Below, piece by piece: positions 46,511 to 48,999 of a stretch of DNA of 48,999 nt. How positions within the stretch are numbered: the stretch's first letter is position 1; each line of letters opens with the position of its first letter. The translations under genes were made by a program, and so were the position numbers. A model generated the notes under the pieces. The model was given only the letters and a program-made list of their open reading frames with translations, did no database searches and was not told where the DNA came from. The stretch is from an uncultured Anaerolineaceae bacterium (lineage in GTDB: Bacteria > Chloroflexota > Anaerolineae > Anaerolineales > Villigracilaceae), in contig CAZCPP010000001.1 of the NCBI GenBank assembly GCA_964500655.1, forward strand, positions 1 to 48,999, written 5' to 3'.

Positions 46511-47269
46511 ATGGATTCCCCCCCATCCCTGCCCGTCGTGGTTATGGCCTGCCGCGTATTTCAAAACTGGCTCGAGCACATGATCCCCTCTGAATTGACC
46601 GAGGACATCACCTTCTTCGATTATGCTCTGCACGAAGTGCCCAACAAGTTGCGAGAGACCGTACAAGCCACGCTGGACAGTATCGAAGAGCCCAGCCTGA
46701 TCGTGCTGGGCTATGGACTGTGTGGCAACGGTTTACATGAGATTCAAGCTGGAAAGCATACCCTGCTGATCCCGCGCACGGACGATTGCATCGCCATCAT
46801 CCTGGGCTCGTATGCGGCTTACCGGCGTGAGTTCGATAAAGAGCCGGCCACTTATTATCTCTCCAAAGGCTGGCTGGAAGGCGGTAGCACACCGCTGGCT
46901 GAATATAAAAAATATATCGATAAATACGGGCAGAAAAAGGGCGAGTGGCTTATGGATTACCAGTACCGCAATTATAAACGCCTGGCGCTGATCGTGCAAA
47001 ACCAGGCCGATCTGGAGAAATATCGCCCGGCCGCCAAAGAGGTGGCGCGCTATTGCGAACGTTGGGGCTTTAGATATGAGGAGTTGATCGGTTCGGATAC
47101 CCTGCTGCGGCGTTTAGTCGAAATTGCTGCATCCCCTCACCCGTCTTCCGCTTTGCTACAGACCCCCTCTCCCAGTGGGAGAGGGGCTGGGGGTGAGGGA
47201 GAAAATGATACTGATTTTATTATTATTCCTCCAGGCGGACAGTTGACCCAGGATTTGTTTTTACGCTGA
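46511..47269 (+). CDS. DUF1638-like protein with a repeat-derived low-complexity insert
   Basis: 252-aa ORF. ACRVF, LGYGLCGNG, LLIPRTDDCIAIILGS and YYLSKGW resemble the DUF1638 family as I recall it. The C-terminal part holds SPHPSSALLQTPSPSGRGAGGEGE, encoded by a family A repeat. Confidence 0.75.
   Translation: MDSPPSLPVVVMACRVFQNWLEHMIPSELTEDITFFDYALHEVPNKLRETVQATLDSIEEPSLIVLGYGLCGNGLHEIQAGKHTLLIPRTDDCIAIILGSYAAYRREFDKEPATYYLSKGWLEGGSTPLAEYKKYIDKYGQKKGEWLMDYQYRNYKRLALIVQNQADLEKYRPAAKEVARYCERWGFRYEELIGSDTLLRRLVEIAASPHPSSALLQTPSPSGRGAGGEGENDTDFIIIPPGGQLTQDLFLR
47133..47199. repeat. family A GC-rich palindromic repeat located inside the DUF1638 coding sequence
   Basis: CCCCTCACCC...CCCCCTCTCCC-AGT-GGGAGAGGGG-CTG-GGGGTGAGGG has nested inverted repeats identical in core to those at 44005..44067 and 45757..45796. 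Confidence 0.7.
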
Positions 47270-47300
47270 GTGCAAAGAAACAACCCCAGTGGTGAAACTC

Positions 47301-47329
47301 TTGAATATTATCCAATTTTCATCTATACT
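47301..47329 (+). promoter_or_regulatory. candidate sigma70-type promoter of an orphan ~290-nt transcription unit
   Basis: TTGAAT (47301..47306), 17-nt spacer, TATACT (47324..47329). Confidence 0.45.
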
Positions 47330-47593
47330 GAATTCGGATAATCTCCACCACTTTGGAGACATATCGGTAGAAACATGACTTCAAAAAAAACACCTCCACC
47401 TGCCGCACTGCTTGTTGTTGGAAATTCGGCCGTATTTTCCTTCAATCAGGCAGTTGTTCCGGGTGACCGCAAATTGAGCTACGGTGCAGCGATTCAAGCG
47501 ATGGCGCTGAAGCGGCGCAGTTCATGCAAGCGTTGGCAATGTATTCGGAAGAGCCGATGAGATTGATGATATAAAGCACTTCAAAAGAACAGT

Positions 47594-47626
47594 AATGCGG
47601 GCAACTGATTAGTTGCCCGCATTTTT
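47594..47626. terminator. bidirectional intrinsic terminator
   Basis: AATGCGGGCAACT-GATT-AGTTGCCCGCATT (13-bp stem) is followed by TTTCC on the plus strand and CUGUUCUUUU on the minus strand. It lies 12 nt downstream of the stop of the minus-strand gene at 47638. Confidence 0.8.
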
Positions 47627-47637
47627 CCAAGAGTTAA

Positions 47638-48999
47638 TTATCTTTGCTTGTAATACTCGACTAACAGGCGAGGGCGCTCTCTCAATTGGCTGTGGTCACC
47701 GCTGAAGAAGCGTAAGTAATCGTTGCCATTATCATCGTTATCATCCACCTGAAATCTCAGACGAATTTGTGTGCTCCCATATAGGTTGATGTGCTCAAAA
47801 GCGGAGCCATCTAAATATGACCAGTACCAACCATTGTAGGGATTGTTTTCCATTATGCCCACTACGTCCCTGCTTGATGGGCTCTCGAAATCAGAATTTT
47901 GCAACCTCCTGAATTGAAATGGGCCAATGAAGCCAAATGCCCCAGAGTGAATATCCACCATGATATTCTGGTGGGTTTCAAATGGATCAGTTCCAACCAA
48001 CGTTTCCCTTTTGATCATCAATAAAACCCGTGTGATGACTGCATTATTGGGTAGGTAGTGTGTAGGGAAGTGCAGGATGGAGCGAAACTGTGCGTTACGG
48101 GAATCGTCGCCCAGGACAAAGGTGGCAGAACGGGGATCCTTGTACCCACCCTGAGCGCTATTATCACTCGATTCAAGTACCCAGCCATCATTTCTCCCAT
48201 TGGATCTAAAGGTTTCGATAAATGTTTTCCTGGGAGTTTTATTGATCGTATATTCCTCACCGGTGGTGAAGTTGCCGTTGCCGAAACCCACACCGCCCAG
48301 AGGATAGCCGGAGGCATCCGTGATACTGTCGTCATCCAGGATTTCGAGGCGTAGAGTTCCGTCCCCGTTGCCAGTGTTAGCAGTGACGGTATACATATTC
48401 CCAGACCCGCTAAGGCTGGTCACAGACGCGCCGGAGATATTACCGCCTGTCATCAGGAGGAAGTCGTATACATCTACACCGCTCACGGCTTCCGAGAAGA
48501 CTACGTGGAAGTTGACGCTATCGGTAGCAGTCGGATTGCTGTCGCTGCGCAAACTGCCGGTCACGATGGGTATGGTCTTGTCTATAGTGTAAGCCTCACC
48601 GGATGTGAAGTTTCCGTTTCCTACCCCCGGCTCACCCAACGGATAACCGTAAGCATTCTGGATGCTGTCGTCATCGATGAGGTCTAGGCGCAATTCGCCA
48701 TCGCCACTTCCTGTGTTGACCGTGACAGTATAGGCATTACCGGAACCGCTCACATTTTCCACAGAAGCGCCGCTGATGCTACCAGTAGTAGTCAGGATGA
48801 AATCGGATGGATCGACGCCGCTGACGGCATCGGAGAATGTCACGTTGAAGTCCAGGTACACAGCAACAGTTGGATGATCGTGAATGGTACGCAGGATGCC
48901 GGTCACGTTGGGAAAACTCGGTATGCTTTTGTCGATGGTGTATACCTCGCCCGTCGTGAAGTCCCCATTGCCTGCACCTTCTCCGCCCAGTGGATTTTC
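47638..48999 (-). CDS. secreted/surface repeat protein, C-terminal part (5' end runs off the right edge)
   Basis: The frame stays open to 48999; the M at 48906 in the track is an internal GTG. It has at least three ~100-aa tandem modules (FSEAVSGVDxxDFxL...ISGASV...SGSGNxYTVTxNTGxGDGxLRL...DDDSI...GYPLG...GNGxFTxGExYTIxKT) and a distinct ~190-aa C-terminal domain ending RPRLLVEYYKQR. Confidence 0.8.
   Translation of the reverse strand, partial: ENPLGGEGAGNGDFTTGEVYTIDKSIPSFPNVTGILRTIHDHPTVAVYLDFNVTFSDAVSGVDPSDFILTTTGSISGASVENVSGSGNAYTVTVNTGSGDGELRLDLIDDDSIQNAYGYPLGEPGVGNGNFTSGEAYTIDKTIPIVTGSLRSDSNPTATDSVNFHVVFSEAVSGVDVYDFLLMTGGNISGASVTSLSGSGNMYTVTANTGNGDGTLRLEILDDDSITDASGYPLGGVGFGNGNFTTGEEYTINKTPRKTFIETFRSNGRNDGWVLESSDNSAQGGYKDPRSATFVLGDDSRNAQFRSILHFPTHYLPNNAVITRVLLMIKRETLVGTDPFETHQNIMVDIHSGAFGFIGPFQFRRLQNSDFESPSSRDVVGIMENNPYNGWYWSYLDGSAFEHINLYGSTQIRLRFQVDDNDDNGNDYLRFFSGDHSQLRERPRLLVEYYKQR
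48223..48999 (-). repeat. tandem ~300-bp coding repeats (Ig-like/adhesin-type modules)
   Basis: Two full modules (about 48867..48553 and 48516..48223) and the tail of a third (48999..48910) are clearly alignable at the protein level. Confidence 0.7.

Noticed and set aside
46263-46593. 60-aa and 102-aa plus-strand ORFs (MTKDICHLERSEGSPALRAE..., MREAKGLPRFARRF...)
   Set aside because: Both are translations of the GC-rich repeat cluster. They are Arg/Ala/Pro-rich low complexity, typical of repeat-derived pseudo-ORFs.
47270-47300. Cobalamin riboswitch next to the DUF1638 gene (CCAGUGGUGAAAC resembles a B12-element fragment)
   Set aside because: This is only a short partial match with no B12 box and none of the surrounding helices. 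It also lies upstream of the predicted promoter.
47442-47630. 62-aa minus-strand ORF (MEKCGQLISCPHYCSF...)
   Set aside because: It starts inside the terminator hairpin, has no SD, and lies downstream of the stop of the surface-protein gene. It is unlikely to be expressed.

Overview
This is a prokaryotic window of about 50% GC that consists almost entirely of anabolic genes in two blocks. No tRNA, rRNA, CRISPR array, transposase or phage gene is visible.

Block 1 (plus strand, 1678..15947) is a near-complete de novo purine operon: purS-purS-purL fusion, purQ, purC, class II purE, purF, purD-purM fusion, an AICAR-transformylase-only purH fragment, purN, a separate IMP-cyclohydrolase fragment, guaB and purB.

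Block 2 (minus strand, 46188 down to 15970) is a roughly 30 kb co-directional amino-acid 'supraoperon'. It runs ilvD-ilvB-ilvN-ilvC-leuA-(63-aa ORF)-leuC(frameshifted)-leuD-cimA-leuB-ilvE-aminotransferase-pheA, then trpEGDCFBA, then aroH-aroF(DAHP synthase)-tyrA-aroA-aroE-aroC-aroK/B-aroQ.

The most interesting signals are regulatory and absent from the ORF track:
- Two tandem Ile/Leu/Val-rich leader peptides, each followed by an intrinsic terminator, lie upstream of ilvD.
- A Phe/Tyr-rich leader peptide (MIASFRFYFAFYFYGLHKPVAVGDA) plus terminator lies upstream of aroH.
- A tRNA-Trp T-box (specifier UGG) lies upstream of trpE.

Together these form three amino-acid-specific attenuation checkpoints in series on one strand.

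The flanks hold a multi-PAS sensor that runs off the left edge, a DUF1638-like gene carrying an in-frame GC-rich palindromic repeat, an orphan promoter-to-terminator unit, and a repeat-rich secreted protein that runs off the right edge. Two families of short structured repeats populate the intergenic gaps.

The gene fusions and repeat types are reminiscent of Chloroflexota, but taxonomy cannot be established from the sequence alone. All calls rest on reading the sequence and on remembered family motifs; no searches were run.
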